From NCBI RefSeq assembly GCF_022539665.2, contig NC_081332.1, positions 5,394,001 through 5,458,000 on the forward strand: a stretch of DNA of 64,000 nt, written 5' to 3'. This document shows positions 52,101 to 64,000 of this stretch, one piece after another. Numbering within the stretch: position 1 is the stretch's first letter; each line of letters starts with the position of its first letter. The position numbers and the translations under genes were made by a program. The notes below the pieces were generated by a model. It saw nothing but the letters and a program-made list of their open reading frames with translations. It searched no databases and had not been told where the DNA came from. Source of the stretch: Daphnia carinata (lineage: Eukaryota).

Positions 52101-53948
52101 TCTCCCAAAGGAATAGTGAAGACTGGCGTGGCTTGGACGCTAACTGTCACAGCTCCCTCAATAGATACCTGGAAATGCAGAGGCGTTAAAATAAACATAC
52201 TTCAGGATGAAATGGTGAATCAAAAACTTAACTTAATTGACACAAAAAAATTATTATTTTCTATTATTATTATGGTGGATTACCTTGTCATTAGTGGCTC
52301 GGCAAACATAGTCGCCCATATCTTCAACTTTGACTTTGGGAAGGACAAGCACTCGGTTGTAATTTGTAATAATTACACCTTTGGGTAAGGGGGCTCCTTT
52401 GCGGGTCCAGTTGTAGTTAGGGACAGGGTAACCAAAAGCTACACATTCAAGTCGTACGTCTTCGCCGACACGAGGCGCTTCAGGAAAACTCTTGGGAAAG
52501 TTGTTGGGGAATTTGAGCTGTTGATAATTGGGGTGCTGACGAACCTCGACCGAAAAGAAAGGTCCATTACGACCGTTGCTTGAAACAGTGCTTTGTACGT
52601 TGCAGGAATAACGTCCACGATCAATATTTTCCAAAGAAGAAAAATACAAGTTTCCGTCAAAAGAAACGAATGTTCGGGAATCCTCTTCCACGAAGTTGGG
52701 AAAAACATCGCGAACCCAATAGTACTGAATATCGGGGAAGTATTGTGGGGGGTCACAATAAATAGCTTTGCCCCAGTGCTCAAGACCATTTTCTGAAGAT
52801 CGCTTGAGATTGAATTCTCCAATGAAGCCAAAAGACAGTTGCACGCTTTCGGATACAATTGAGCCATATCGGTTGCTTGCAACACAATGATATTTGCCTC
52901 TGTCAAAACATATAATGAGACGATGAAATACTTATATTGTCATGACGTAAACATGAACTTACCTGTCGCGGATTTCTTCAGGATTGTTGATAATTAACAA
53001 ACCGCCACTAACAGTGTGTCGTTGACTTTGAAGAGGATCGATTCGCCGAGAGACGAGTTGATCATTTTCGAAATCTTCTTTGTACCACTGGAATTCAGGG
53101 GTAGGATATCCATTTGCGATGCAGCTAAGAGTCACTTGATTCAAAGTTTTCCTTCTAGTCAGATCAAATACAACCGGAACTGGCTGCCGAATAAAATAAG
53201 GCCCGCGTGGAATTCTATTGATATCATTCACAACAATTCCATACTGGAAAGTTCTGTCTTCCACATCCAGTAAGTTTACCTAATAAGAAGATGGTATTTT
53301 GTAAAAGACCAATGCACAAAAATAAAAAAAGATGTGGTAGGGAAATCCTATGTACAGGTAGCATCATAGCACTCCCTTTAAATATGGAAAGTTAATATTT
53401 TATAGACATACCTGGTTGACAGCAATTTCACAGATGTGCAGCAGGGGATCTTTTCCATCAACCCTCAAAAGGCCCCACTGCCTGGCAGACAGGGAATACC
53501 CATAGGACAAAAAGTCTTTTTCAAAAACTGTTTCTTGATTTGGTAAGAAGGCAGTGTCAAGGTTCATCATGGTGGTACCATCACCATCATTCACCCAAAC
53601 TCCAGGGCTTTGTTGGCGTCCACTGATGTACCAAATTCGGTGGCTGGGGTCGTGTTTGTTAAGATATGTTGTGATGAAGCTGTGTTCCTCAAGCGAGTTA
53701 ACACTGGCTAGATCAGAATTGAAGGCACGACAGTACTGTCTAGCTTCATCCCTAGTTTTGATTGGGCTGCGAATGAATTTGTAACATGATGTTGTGTAGT
53801 GCACCCAAGCTTTCGGACAAATGGCATCAGGATCATAATTTTCAGTTTTCAAACTTGTCTGACCCAACAAACTGTTTGGCGACGCTAATAGTTGTGCATG
53901 AGATTCCAAAATGAGGAATGTGAAGATTAACAATGTGACAGGATTCAT
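49188..53948 (-). CDS. Cont: Contactin (C-type lectin + Ig domains + FN3 repeats, GPI-signal tail), multi-exon
   Basis: Signal peptide, CPKAW...CYKF lectin domain, Ig repeats (LECVAFGYPVPNYNW, CNPEAAPRP), FN3 repeats (NVGGGGGKTGDLTITW, VMAYNGAG, GGDGKMSSP), hydrophobic C-terminus ending FALYT*; arthropod contactin architecture. Confidence 0.93.
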
Positions 53949-55142
53949 ATTTCGTCGCTGAAAAAAATTTATTAAAAAATGTTGATACGAAAATAAAAAC
54001 CGGTTATTTACCTTTAATCAGGAATGTAGGCGAAGGGTATAAAAAAAGTAACGTATACTTTAGAAATTCATAATGACAACTTCAGTTGCTCAACAACAGG
54101 TAAAACAACAAACTGCCAAAGCCAACACCCAAACCAAAAGCTTGTAGAAGGTAAAGGTAGGCAATTTCAACCTAGGCAGGTAGAAATGCGCCGCAATGTT
54201 GTCAGATCGCTGACTGTAGCGCAAGTTACAAATACAGTACGTATTCCAATTTGAAATTTGCAAAGGCGAATAAAGGCATTTTCCCAGTTTAGAACTAATA
54301 CAACTAATTCTTTAATTGAAATTACTTTCACAGAACACACTATAGAATCGAATGACAGTTTTCAGTTTTCTGAACACAAGGTACCAGCTAGTTAAAGGAA
54401 ATTAGTTTTGTGGTTTTATGCCAATCCACATGGAGACGCTATGTCGCCTAATACGAAGTTCAGTAACCTTGTTCAATGCCTATTAAGCCCCATTGACCTG
54501 CGCAATATATCTTCAATATCCTCGATTGGTAGAAAGATCATACGACAAGGGAATTCTTTCCTCGAGCATAACTTGGAGAAAATACACAGGAGACAACCAC
54601 ATGGACCACCGTCAAACATCGTTGAAAATATTAATGTATATAGGTTATCATGAGATAAATTACGAACTATAAAGAATTACACATCGAAGAAATGTGAAAT
54701 TGACGTGCATTAATATGAATCTCCCGTTAAAGATGTAGTCTGGAGCGTACAATTTTGTACGCGAGTTCTGAGAACTATGACCATGTTTAAATAGCTTACT
54801 TCCCTAAAACGCTTGGGTTGTACAGTTCAACTCATCTCGATTTTAACAGATGAATCACGGACAACCAAGATAAAAATTTTATATTCCAAAACGATCTTTG
54901 CCGACTGAACAGTTCACGCGCAACTAACGTTTTGTCTGCGGCAAATTCATGTATTCCACAAGAACAGTTAAATACATACTGCCATACAAGATTACCGAAG
55001 AACTTTATTTAAATCCAATGCGAAGATCAGCACCACAGGAAAACCTCCCAAGATGAACCAGGAACCGGGATCTGCACAACCAACAACAAAACGTTCAGAA
55101 TTAGACGCTGAACAACTATTGTACCATACGACTAAGCAAGTT

Positions 55143-55221
55143 CATTTCAGATTGAATTTGGTGGTTAAGTTTATCGTCATCCCAACAGTCAAGAGTAGCA
55201 AATAAAACGATTCATCATGAT
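55143..55221 (-). ncRNA. C/D box snoRNA, U24/SNORD24-like
   Basis: ATGATGA...TATTTGCTACT...GATGA...AACCACCAAA...CTGA; both guides are complementary to the conserved 28S segment CTTGGTGGTAGTAGCAAATA targeted by U24. Confidence 0.75.
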
Positions 55222-55729
55222 TTCTCATTTAATAAATTATATGGAAAGAATATTACCATGGTGAATACAGCTGGACTTACTGCACCTACATACAAAAATA
55301 TAGACATTACTTAAAGAACCTAAACTATAGAAATCCCTATTAAACTAAATTTCAGTTTTCGCAATTCTCATCCTCTTCATCAGATGACCTATGCTATAAT
55401 ATCATCAATAGCCATCACTACACTTAAGACCGACTAAAATCAAATACCTCATTGACTTAAGACATCTGCCAAATCCACATCAAGTGCATCAGATTACACT
55501 TTCAGACACAGTATAATTGCCTCAACCTAAATTAAATTCAGAACAAAATTAGCCCATAAGCTCGAAAACTGTACAGTTTGACACTTAGACAAGTACACAA
55601 AATCAATAAAATAAACTTACATGCAAGATCCATGTGTAGCAAACACCACATACTGCCACCAGATCATCCTACAAATGAACACTAATTATGTCAAGCTCAC
55701 AATTTAAAAATTCTAGTTTCTAATTAAAC

Positions 55730-55796
55730 AGTCAGATTAATAGATTTCCACAATTACTATTCAGGTTTCAAATGTCTGAAAAAAATCATCACATTA
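55730..55796 (-). ncRNA. C/D box snoRNA candidate (18S guide)
   Basis: GTGATGA box C; CAGACATTTGAAA one base before D' CTGA, complementary to the 18S-type TTTCAAATGTCTG; terminal CTGA. Confidence 0.65.
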
Positions 55797-56029
55797 CCAC
55801 TAAACCATACAACTGTTGCAAACCATAACTCACAAACTGTCTTGATGCATCCATAATTCTGGCATTAGGAGATGGAAACACCCACGAATGATGGAAAAAC
55901 TGATCCCCAACATGAAACCTATAGCTTTTGCAGCCACAGGCCATTTGACCATCTCCTCAGAGACCCTGTTGGTGAGGATTTAAGATTAGCATTTCTAATA
56001 CATAACTCATGCAAAATTCAACAGCAACT

Positions 56030-56108
56030 GGATCAGAAACTATAAGTCTAACATGGTTGAACTTGTACACTTTTCAGAAGGAACCATTGTATGGGTAGCA
56101 TCAGTAAA
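56030..56108 (-). ncRNA. C/D box snoRNA candidate
   Basis: Degenerate box C TGATGC, CAATGGTTCCTT-CTGA, CATGTTAGACT (complement of 28S AGTCTAACATG), terminal CTGA. Confidence 0.5.
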
Positions 56109-56963
56109 TCACCTACACTTGAACAAAACGATTTGTTTTCCATCATTTACCTGAAAAACTGCACTAGTTACTTGCAGTAAATTAACAAGCACGTCGAACT
56201 GCATCTATTATAGACAGAATTAAAACAAGACATTAGTGACCAAGTTTAAGACTACAAAACCACGTGGTTACTCGGTTAATAGCGTAGGTACATACGCATT
56301 TTTTCTTCTTGTTTTGAGAAAATGCTTAATCAAAAGTAACGTTTAACTAGATTACGTAAAATAACCAATGTATAACACTACAAATAAGTTAATGCTAAAA
56401 CAAATCATATTAGATACCTCAAAATTGTGAATTCTCCTACATGGTAATAGTGTGCAAATATCACACTTCTTGTACTGAAAGCCATGCTTTCATTTCATGC
56501 TTCTCGAAGAAGAGCGGCGCTTTATATACACACGTCGCTTGGCGTTGCCATATTTACAATACTTATTTGATGTTTGGATGGCAAATTGGCAACACGAATA
56601 GATTTCGGGTTCAAATGGAAATAGTGTAAAAGCAATCGCCAGATGGAAATAGTGGTGATTTTTTAAATTGATTGAGCGCGCGTTTAAATGTACAAAAATG
56701 TAATTCATCAACATTTTAACTGTGTTGTGCTTTATATTGCTACGGAATAGGCATCAGTAATGCGGGCTTCTATAAACACGCGTACGTTACACTTGACAGG
56801 TTATGCAAAAATGAACGTGTTATTGCCTCTACGTCTCACCATTGCTTTCTAATTTTTGCAAAATAAATATTTGTAACCAAATAAAGGGTATTTTTTATTG
56901 ACGTTTTCTTTAAAAATATTTGTTAAAAATTTTATACTAGTATGAAATACATCCGTCATCCAC

Positions 56964-57554
56964 CTAATATATGGGGTAAGCCGGAGCAGAGTAGGTGGGT
57001 TTGTAGGCGGGGTAATCAGCTTTGTATGCCGGGGCGGAGTAGTAACCTGCAGGCTTGTACGCAGCGGGCTTGTAATCGTTGTATTTAGCTTCCCTGTCGT
57101 ACTTGACTTCAGCGACGTAACCAGTGTAATCATCAGCCTTGTAGTTTACGGTCTGGGTGCGACCATCGGGCAACAAGGTGCGGTAAGAGCCTGAAACATA
57201 GCCCTTATCATCGCTGGATTCTTGATGGGCATAATTGTTGTAGGTATAATCATCTTTGACACCCCAGGCGAAAACATACGGCATCGGGGCCTACAAACAT
57301 TTTTATTTTCAAACTGGCAATTAACTTTTCTATTCTTAAAATGATTAAAATAAAAAAAGACGTACGTAGTCATAAGACTTGCTATACGACGGGTAAGCCG
57401 GTTTCTGATAAGCTGAATTGCCAGAAACGGTGGCGATCAACGCAGCAGCGATAGCAAGAAAAACCTTTCAAATCATACATTTAAATTTTATTTTCTGTTA
57501 AGACAAAACAAAGAAACTTGACTGAGAATCAGAAAACGATAGATTTACCTTCAT
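56964..57554 (-). CDS. Cuticular protein with R&R chitin-binding domain (RR-2/pro-resilin-like); exons 57554-57549, 57464-57366, 57290-56964
   Basis: MK|VFLAIAAALIATVSG signal; YVFAWGVKD...HQE...VSGSYRTLLPDGRTQTVNYKADDYTGYVAEVKY consensus; AYKP repeats. Confidence 0.92.
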
Positions 57555-58519
57555 GTTGAATAGAATAGAAACTGGTTGGTTTACAACTGATAATATTTAG
57601 AGTTGGAGCTCTCAGTTTTATACTTGAGCCTGTCTCACCTCGTGTAGTCTTTCTCAGGTGATCCTGGTTGTCGTCGTGGAGTGTGCGTTTTTTCGCACAG
57701 GTAGAAAAATTGCACGCACTGACGGAGGTGTAACTGCATCATAAAATGGGTGGGGTCCTAAGCGTAGCTATGTTGCCCTTGTGATGATTTTCAAAGCTCG
57801 CACAGATGATTGAACTTATTTTCATCTCTCTTGTCTATTTCAGTCTTAAAAGAGATCGTTTACCTCACATGCCTTTTTTTATTGGGTTTCCCCTTTCACT
57901 ATTTTACTTTGCTGGCCCGTTTGGTAGCCTAACATTTTATAAATGTATTTTCAAATTTATTGTTATTTATCAAATGTGCAGATGTAACGAGAGCGTAACA
58001 TCGAATGCATCGATGGTGCGACCTTCAGGAGACTAATGGCCGTTGTAGAATATTTACAATATAAGGCGTTGCACTCTCCCTCATTTTCTCTTGAACAAAA
58101 TTATAAAAAAAGGGAATAGATTTAGAGCAAGGTTTTTCCCCGGTAATCCCCATTTTCTCCAACGGCCTAGTTTCTCAATATGTAAAAGGTGAAATCGAAA
58201 TAGTGTTGACACGCTTGTGTAGTTCGACTTCCTCAGCTCGAAAGGCAGTCCAGACTAAATGTTTATTGCATTGTTGGAAATGGGTGTGGATAAAGTGGTC
58301 CTTCTAGTTGCTGCTTCTTATGTTGAAATCAACAGAGGCAGCTAGACGCACGAGTCAAAGAATTCCTATGTGAAGAAAACAAGGAGCTCAAGAAATGAAT
58401 TTTTAAAAGTAACCAGCTATTCTAAAGAAATCGTGAAAACGAGAAAGCTGTGTATAGTGGGCGTTGTGTATGTTTGAATTTAAATAATATTTCTAGATAC
58501 CCTAAATTACTTATGACAG

Positions 58520-58592
58520 GCATCTGTAGTGTAGTGGTTATCACGGTTGTCTCACACACAACAGGTCCTCAGTTCGATCCTGGGCAGATGCA
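58520..58592 (+). tRNA. tRNA-Val (anticodon CAC)
   Basis: GCATCTG/CAGATGC acceptor, TAGTGTAGTGGTTATCAC D-arm, GTTGT-CTCACAC-ACAAC, CTCAG-TTCGATC-CTGGG. Confidence 0.9.
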
Positions 58593-59093
58593 TAATATGT
58601 TTTGATTTTGGTTGTTGCTATATCGATCAGCATCAAGCTATTGATCTTGTAATGCAGAACTTTCTCTCTTATAATTCAACATCTTCCTGATCTTTATTCA
58701 AATGTTTTTACCGATACTGTTACTTGTTGCTCCATTTCGAGCTTCTGGATTATTTCCGCATCGAAGTTGCCTCCCATATCGTTCAAAGTGAAAGTCGGTT
58801 AGACGTTCATTCGCACAGCAGCCCGGGTAAAGAAGACTTTCACTCCTACTCCTTGTAACAAAGCCATATAGCATTATATGTAAATTAGCAATGTAAATAT
58901 AAATCACTAGTGTTACTCGGAATTCCGCGCTTTGTCGGCCAATAGTGGTGGATGATATGCAGGAGAAAGCAAAAAAAAGGTGGAGTCTTTTGACACGAGC
59001 GAGCTCACACAGGCTAGAAAACCATTCAAATCAGCAGTGCCTTGCTGCAATTCCATCGTGTTGGTCGACCGTGTCACGCCAGATTCCCATAAG

Positions 59094-59381
59094 ATGAAGG
59101 TATTGGACTCAATCTTCATTCGATGTATTTTAAGTCACAATGTACCAATTTCTTTTCAGGTGTTCCTCATCACAGCTGTGCTGATGATTGCGGTTTCAGG
59201 ACAAGCTATTCCTAGTGAAAATCACGCTCCCCAGCACGATCATCGAACTCCAGTGTCTTATTTCAAGCCAATGTATCGTGATTATACGTACAATGATGCC
59301 TACCATCCTGAACACATACCTCCCACCATGCCGAGAATATTGGTCTTCATCTCTAAGATAAGAAAAATGTTTCTCGTCTGA
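59094..59381 (+). CDS. Small secreted peptide, KxRK-tail family copy D (exons 59094-59099, 59160-59381; 75 aa)
   Basis: MK|VFLITAVLMIAVSGQ...DYTYNDAYHPEHIPPTMPRILVFISKIRKMFLV*. Confidence 0.82.
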   Translation: MKVLDSIFIRCILSHNVPISFQVFLITAVLMIAVSGQAIPSENHAPQHDHRTPVSYFKPMYRDYTYNDAYHPEHIPPTMPRILVFISKIRKMFLV

Positions 59382-59963
59382 CAGATGTCACTAGATCTAT
59401 TTGTTTTGATTGTTCTTCTCGTGATGTGGCCCCAGTGGCTCTCCTCTAAACGTACCTATAATATGAATATAGCAAGTGGGAATCTGTCTGTGAAATCAAA
59501 ATACAAAAATTCCATAGTTAACGAAGCTGCTTATTTGAGAAATATAACAAACGTACTTTAAAGCTGATAGTTTAGAACTATATGGCAGTCTATTTCCCCA
59601 ATCGCTAGATACGTATAGGAACAGGAGCCACCAGATGCCACATATCCACTCGCTTCACGATGCACAAATCTTTCTATATTATTATAGACTTTGGAACTGT
59701 TATAGTACTCTTGCTGTGCATCTGATTCCACCAGTCTAATACACTGCGACAAACGTTGAACCAGATGGTGAATCCAGGGTGTTGAACTGGACAAACCGTG
59801 TAGTAAGACTACACGAATGAAGCAATACTTAACGTCTCGAATGATAATCAACAGCAATCCAAGTTCACCAACATACGTTTAGTCCACGAATAGTGTTCCT
59901 TTTTTCACGAATGGAAACAATGTGAAGACATTGTCAGCTTCAGTAAGCAGGTTTCAGCAAGTT

Positions 59964-60190
59964 TCGTAGCATTACACGTACATCTGTGTCGACAGAGGGG
60001 TTTATAGAGCACAGACTGGAACAGTCTACTGCGGTACGCCTTAATGGTCTAGTCTAGCCTGCCTTCTTACTGACCTGCTCGCTGCACGACTGTAGGTATG
60101 CTGACTGGTGCTAAGTAAAGAAGACAAAAACTTATCCTAGACTGAACCTAGTGGCCATGGGGAGGCTTACGAACAACCTACGAGCTACGA
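59964..60190 (+). ncRNA. Candidate structured RNA domain (motif copy 2)
   Basis: Closing stem TCGTAGC/GCTACGA; hairpins TCTGT/ACAGA and AGACTG/CAGTCT; long arm GCCT/AGGC, ATGGTC/GGCCAT, TAGTCTAG/CTAGACTG, ACCTGC/GTAGGT with loop CTGCA able to pair TGCGG (60030-60034). Confidence 0.5.
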
Positions 60191-60545
60191 TTACCTCTTC
60201 TCTACCTCTAAGTTTGTGGGTCGATCTTCAACGTGTAGTGAACGGTACTACAGATCGATGTGAAACGTCTGTATACGTGTAGTGAGTAGTGTGTGTGTGT
60301 GTTTTTCTTCTGCCATTTTTAGCCCCTTCATAGTAGGCATGGCTCTCCTTTCTTCGTCTTCTTTCTTGAGGTAGATGATGTCCGACGTAATTGATGAGAA
60401 TGATTGCGATGTAGAATCTTGCGTAATTCGATGAGATGCAGAATCTTGCGAATCCGATGTGATGAAGAATCTTGCGAGTCTTGAATGAACGAGGGTGGGT
60501 GGGAGGAGAGGGGGGAGGAGAGGGAAGGGAGGGCTTGGCGGAAAT

Positions 60546-60618
60546 TGGCGGTGGCGGGACTTGAACCCGAGGACTACAGATTACAAAGCGTGGGTGATAA
60601 ACACTGTGCCAGGACCGC
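60546..60618 (-). other. Degenerate tRNA-like unit
   Basis: Minus strand GCGGT...TGGCACAGTG...CGGG-TTCAAGT-CCCG...ACCGCCA; T-arm and part of the acceptor stem intact. Confidence 0.55.
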
Positions 60619-63398
60619 ACATCCCAACCAAATTTAGCATTAGATGTCACCCATTTAAAAAGGTAGCTTACGTATAATAATGCTAGAGAAGTAGGTGGCG
60701 GTGCGGTATGGTTCGAGGCTGCCATTCTGTTTTCACAGGTTCGATTCTTTGTTGTATTTAAATATTTTTTTTTTACGTTTAGCAACACATTATATTATAT
60801 ACAGATATAATGTATACGCAGTATATATATATATATATTTGCAGAACCACGAATGCCATCAATAATTAAAATGCAATTTTTATTGCTGTGCATCTGATTC
60901 CACTAGTCTAATTTACTGCGACAAACGTTGAACCAGGTGCTGTAATCCAAGGTGTTGAATTGGACAATGCCAATAGCATTATTTTTCGGTTACCTTGAAC
61001 AGAATGGTACTACCAGTAAGGGTGTTTCGTAAATAGTAACGTGAAAGGTGTTTCCTAGGACAGCCGTTGAAACAGGCCTCGAGGAAATTCTTAACCGTTG
61101 TCAATCAAAATTTAGGAAATGAAGAAACGAAAACTATCTCTTTCCTTTGCCTGATTGCTGCTACTTGTCCAAAAAATGGGCAAATCCAAACCCACGAAAA
61201 ACGCCCTCAGTGTAAAATTAATGGCTTCTAGGTAAAGCTAAAATGATTGATTTGCCATCATTACTCATTCGTAGCTTTGAAATACCTTCTTTCATCACTC
61301 TAGGTGCGTTCTCTTTGCGTTCGCTTCTCTGCGTCTATGTGCTCTTTTTCCCTAGGTTTTTTGTAAGAGCCGAGAGGTGAAAGTTGATAGTTCTGGTAGC
61401 AGAGAGAGACGATCCGCCTGTCCAAATGAAAATTGAAAATGAGTACACCGTTTAGTTGAAAAATTAAGAAACATGTAATAATTCATAGCTGAGTATTGTT
61501 TTGTTTTTGTTTTTCATTCAGCTTTCTTTTTTTCATCTCTTGTCGTTTGAACTCTGAGCGACTCTGTTTCGATCGCTCAATCTTTGCCGATTCTGAACTT
61601 CAGCGACATGCTACGTGCTTTGATGTTGATTTTACCTTTTCACTTCACAATCCGTATATCCAAAGACAAATATTTTCTTCTTTTCTATTCACACAAAGCA
61701 TTTCTAGTATTCTTTTTTTCACGAGAAAGAAAAACAGATTTTGCATAAATAAGGAGAAGGAGAGCAAAAGGATTGTTTCGTATTTAAAGTTTAGACACTT
61801 CAACTGAAAGACTAACGTCAAACGTTCGCAAGTTCGTAAACTCCGAATCTGACAAAAACAATTCGCAGACCATTCATTTCGACGTACAAGTTCACAGCCA
61901 CTTGAACGTATCAAGTGGCTGTAGATGGTACAGATGTGTGAGGGTGAACGTTGCAGCGTGACACTCGATTGTTATTGATGAGAACACGGCTACTGTAATC
62001 GATATAACTCATTTGCATCGCAAACTATCTAGAAACGCGGTACAGCAGTTCATTGTCGGCGTGTCATTCGACTTTGTTTCGACTGCAGACAATAAAAAAT
62101 CACGACATCGATCAAGGTAAATACGTATCCCTACAGAATTCGATAATTCATACGCGTAGACTTTCTTATAAACATATGCAAAAATCAGGTACAAAGCGAA
62201 ATTAAAGAAGAAGTCATAGATAATGAAGCGTAACATTGAATCATGCACGAATAAGCACCGTGAGCTACCAAAACATTTATGAGGAAAACGTTTGAAAATC
62301 CGAATTACATCTGGACTGAACAGTTCGTGACTAGTATACTTTATGTTTTCCGTTTCAGATAGCGTTGCGCCCTCCTCAAAACAGCTGGACGAGCAATCAA
62401 CGAGATGATAGAATAGCCACTGCATCTAGGAAATAAAAAGTAAAGACAAACAAAGAGAATGGCAGCTCGTATTTTATACACTTTGATGCATGTTTCTTCG
62501 AGAATACATCAAATCAGAATAACACAGAGGGCCTCTTTCTCAACCATAAACTCTACGCACACACGCCGTGTATATAAATTGACAGGGAAGCTATTATCCA
62601 AGTCCTTGCGTGACTTGCATAATTATGGCTACAAGTCTACGATACCTTTCTATTTTTTACTTTATGGTAAAAAACCGCAATAATAATAGCTCTATAGATA
62701 TCCATAGAGATTGAGGCTTAAAGTTGTACATAAAGATGAGCGTGTCGTGAATGTCACAACGACCTTTGCAAAACTGGAAGCTTTTGACTGATGCCTAATC
62801 CGACATCGTGACACGGAAAAATACATGGTAGATTTAATGGCTTGTCAGTCTGTTACATGTCTACGTAGTTACAGAAATTTTCTTTCTTTCTCTTTGAGGA
62901 TGAAGAGAATGAATGTCTTTCCATTACATGGACTGATTTTCTTAAGGCTTGACATGTTACCCCAACTGGAGATGTGGCCATAACGGACCGTTGGATCTCT
63001 CGAATTGGTGGAGCAGCTGCAAATCTTCTAATTTGATGTTGCAGATATAAATGGACGGCCTGTAAATGGCGCATTGTGTCTACCCTTCTTCACAGACAAA
63101 CCAAAAAAAAATGTGAAAATCAATTAGGAAGAAGTTAATAAAGTAAATAAATAGTTTTTTACCACACGTTCGATGTTTAAAGTGTTTCTAATTTAGGTGT
63201 GTGTTTTTAGCGGGCTTTTGGCCAGCTTTGTGTTTATGCAATCCCACGAATTTTCGCGCCAATTTTCCATATTCAAATGCAAGTATAAAAAAAAATTGAC
63301 AAAAGTCGACACGTGTACAGCCTTTGGGTAGGGGTAGCATTTTACGAAGAGATAGGGTAAGAAACAAGTCAAGAAAGTTGGAAACTATTCGGAGAAGG

Positions 63399-63620
63399 GG
63401 GATGAAAAAATATTTAACATAAGATTCTTTCAAGGGATGAGTAGACACAAATGAACGTTCAAGGACAACAAAATTAAGAAAAGTCTAAGAAGGGAGGTAG
63501 GGTAAGAACGGAATCGTCCTGAACATCCAAAACAGAAAGGGAATGAAAAACATTTTACATAAGCTTCCTCTCAAGGGATGAGATTAACGAGCCCATTGCA
63601 AAACCGTCCAAGGCCAACGA
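63399..63620. repeat. Diverged tandem duplication, period about 140 bp
   Basis: ATGAAAAA.AT.T.ACATAAG.TTC..TCAAGGGATGAG and GT.CAAGG.CAAC each occur twice. Confidence 0.6.
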
Positions 63621-64000
63621 TATTTCGAAATCGAATGAGGAGGGAGACGGAGTAAGGGAAAACTAAAAGTGGGAAAAATTTGCAAATGATTCATATCAAC
63701 CGCTCGAAAACAACAACAAAACTAAAAAAGGGAATGGTAAAATCAACTTAAGTTTAGAAACGAAATGAATTAACCCATTTGTTTTTTCTTTCAGCCATAT
63801 TACTTCCCTGTACAAAAATCGAATATCCCTCATTCCACTTTTGGTGTAAATATTCCACCTTAACACAGAATTTCATTAAAGTAACATTTAAATCATTAAA
63901 GAGTTATAATAACCTTTATGCGTCGATTGGTAAATAAATACGAATGCTTCCGTGAAATAGCCTGGAAAACTATAAACCGATTGAAAACTCATTAATCAAG

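Larger units (their letters stand above)
59711..60967. repeat. Pair of about 85-bp diverged direct repeats (59711-59794 and 60883-60967)
   Basis: TTGCTGTGCATCTGATTCCAC(C/T)AGTCTAAT..ACTGCGACAAACGTTGAACCAG...GGTGTTGAA(C/T)TGGACAA occurs twice. Confidence 0.88.

Noticed and set aside
61800..63100. Possible spliced gene fragments
   Set aside because: Some splice-like signals, but interrupted frames and no recognisable protein similarity.

Overview
AT-rich eukaryotic DNA with compact introns of about 60-90 nt; gene content and style suggest a branchiopod crustacean such as Daphnia (inference). Recognisable genes: a 5'-truncated multi-C2H2 zinc-finger gene, an RBM24/RBM38 (SUP-12-like) RRM gene, tRNA-Arg(CCT), an intron-containing tRNA-Ile(TAT), tRNA-Val(CAC), two tandem secreted chlorophyllase-like hydrolases, a (YKPE)39 secreted repeat protein, MRPL48, arthropod Contactin and an RR-type cuticle protein. 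Less obvious content: (1) an 8.3-kb TIR-bounded transposon-like element with no intact transposase, carrying G-U-rich structured RNA domains, three tRNA-like units, a 23-bp minisatellite and a 570-bp palindrome; a diverged sibling of its pseudoknotted RNA motif plus a tRNA-like unit recurs at about 60 kb; (2) four small secreted peptides sharing a cationic-hydrophobic C-terminal motif; (3) a three-exon six-cysteine secreted peptide gene that the ORF track does not recover as a whole; (4) a probable non-coding snoRNA host locus with U24-like and other C/D guides. All folds and splice models were made by eye and need computational confirmation.
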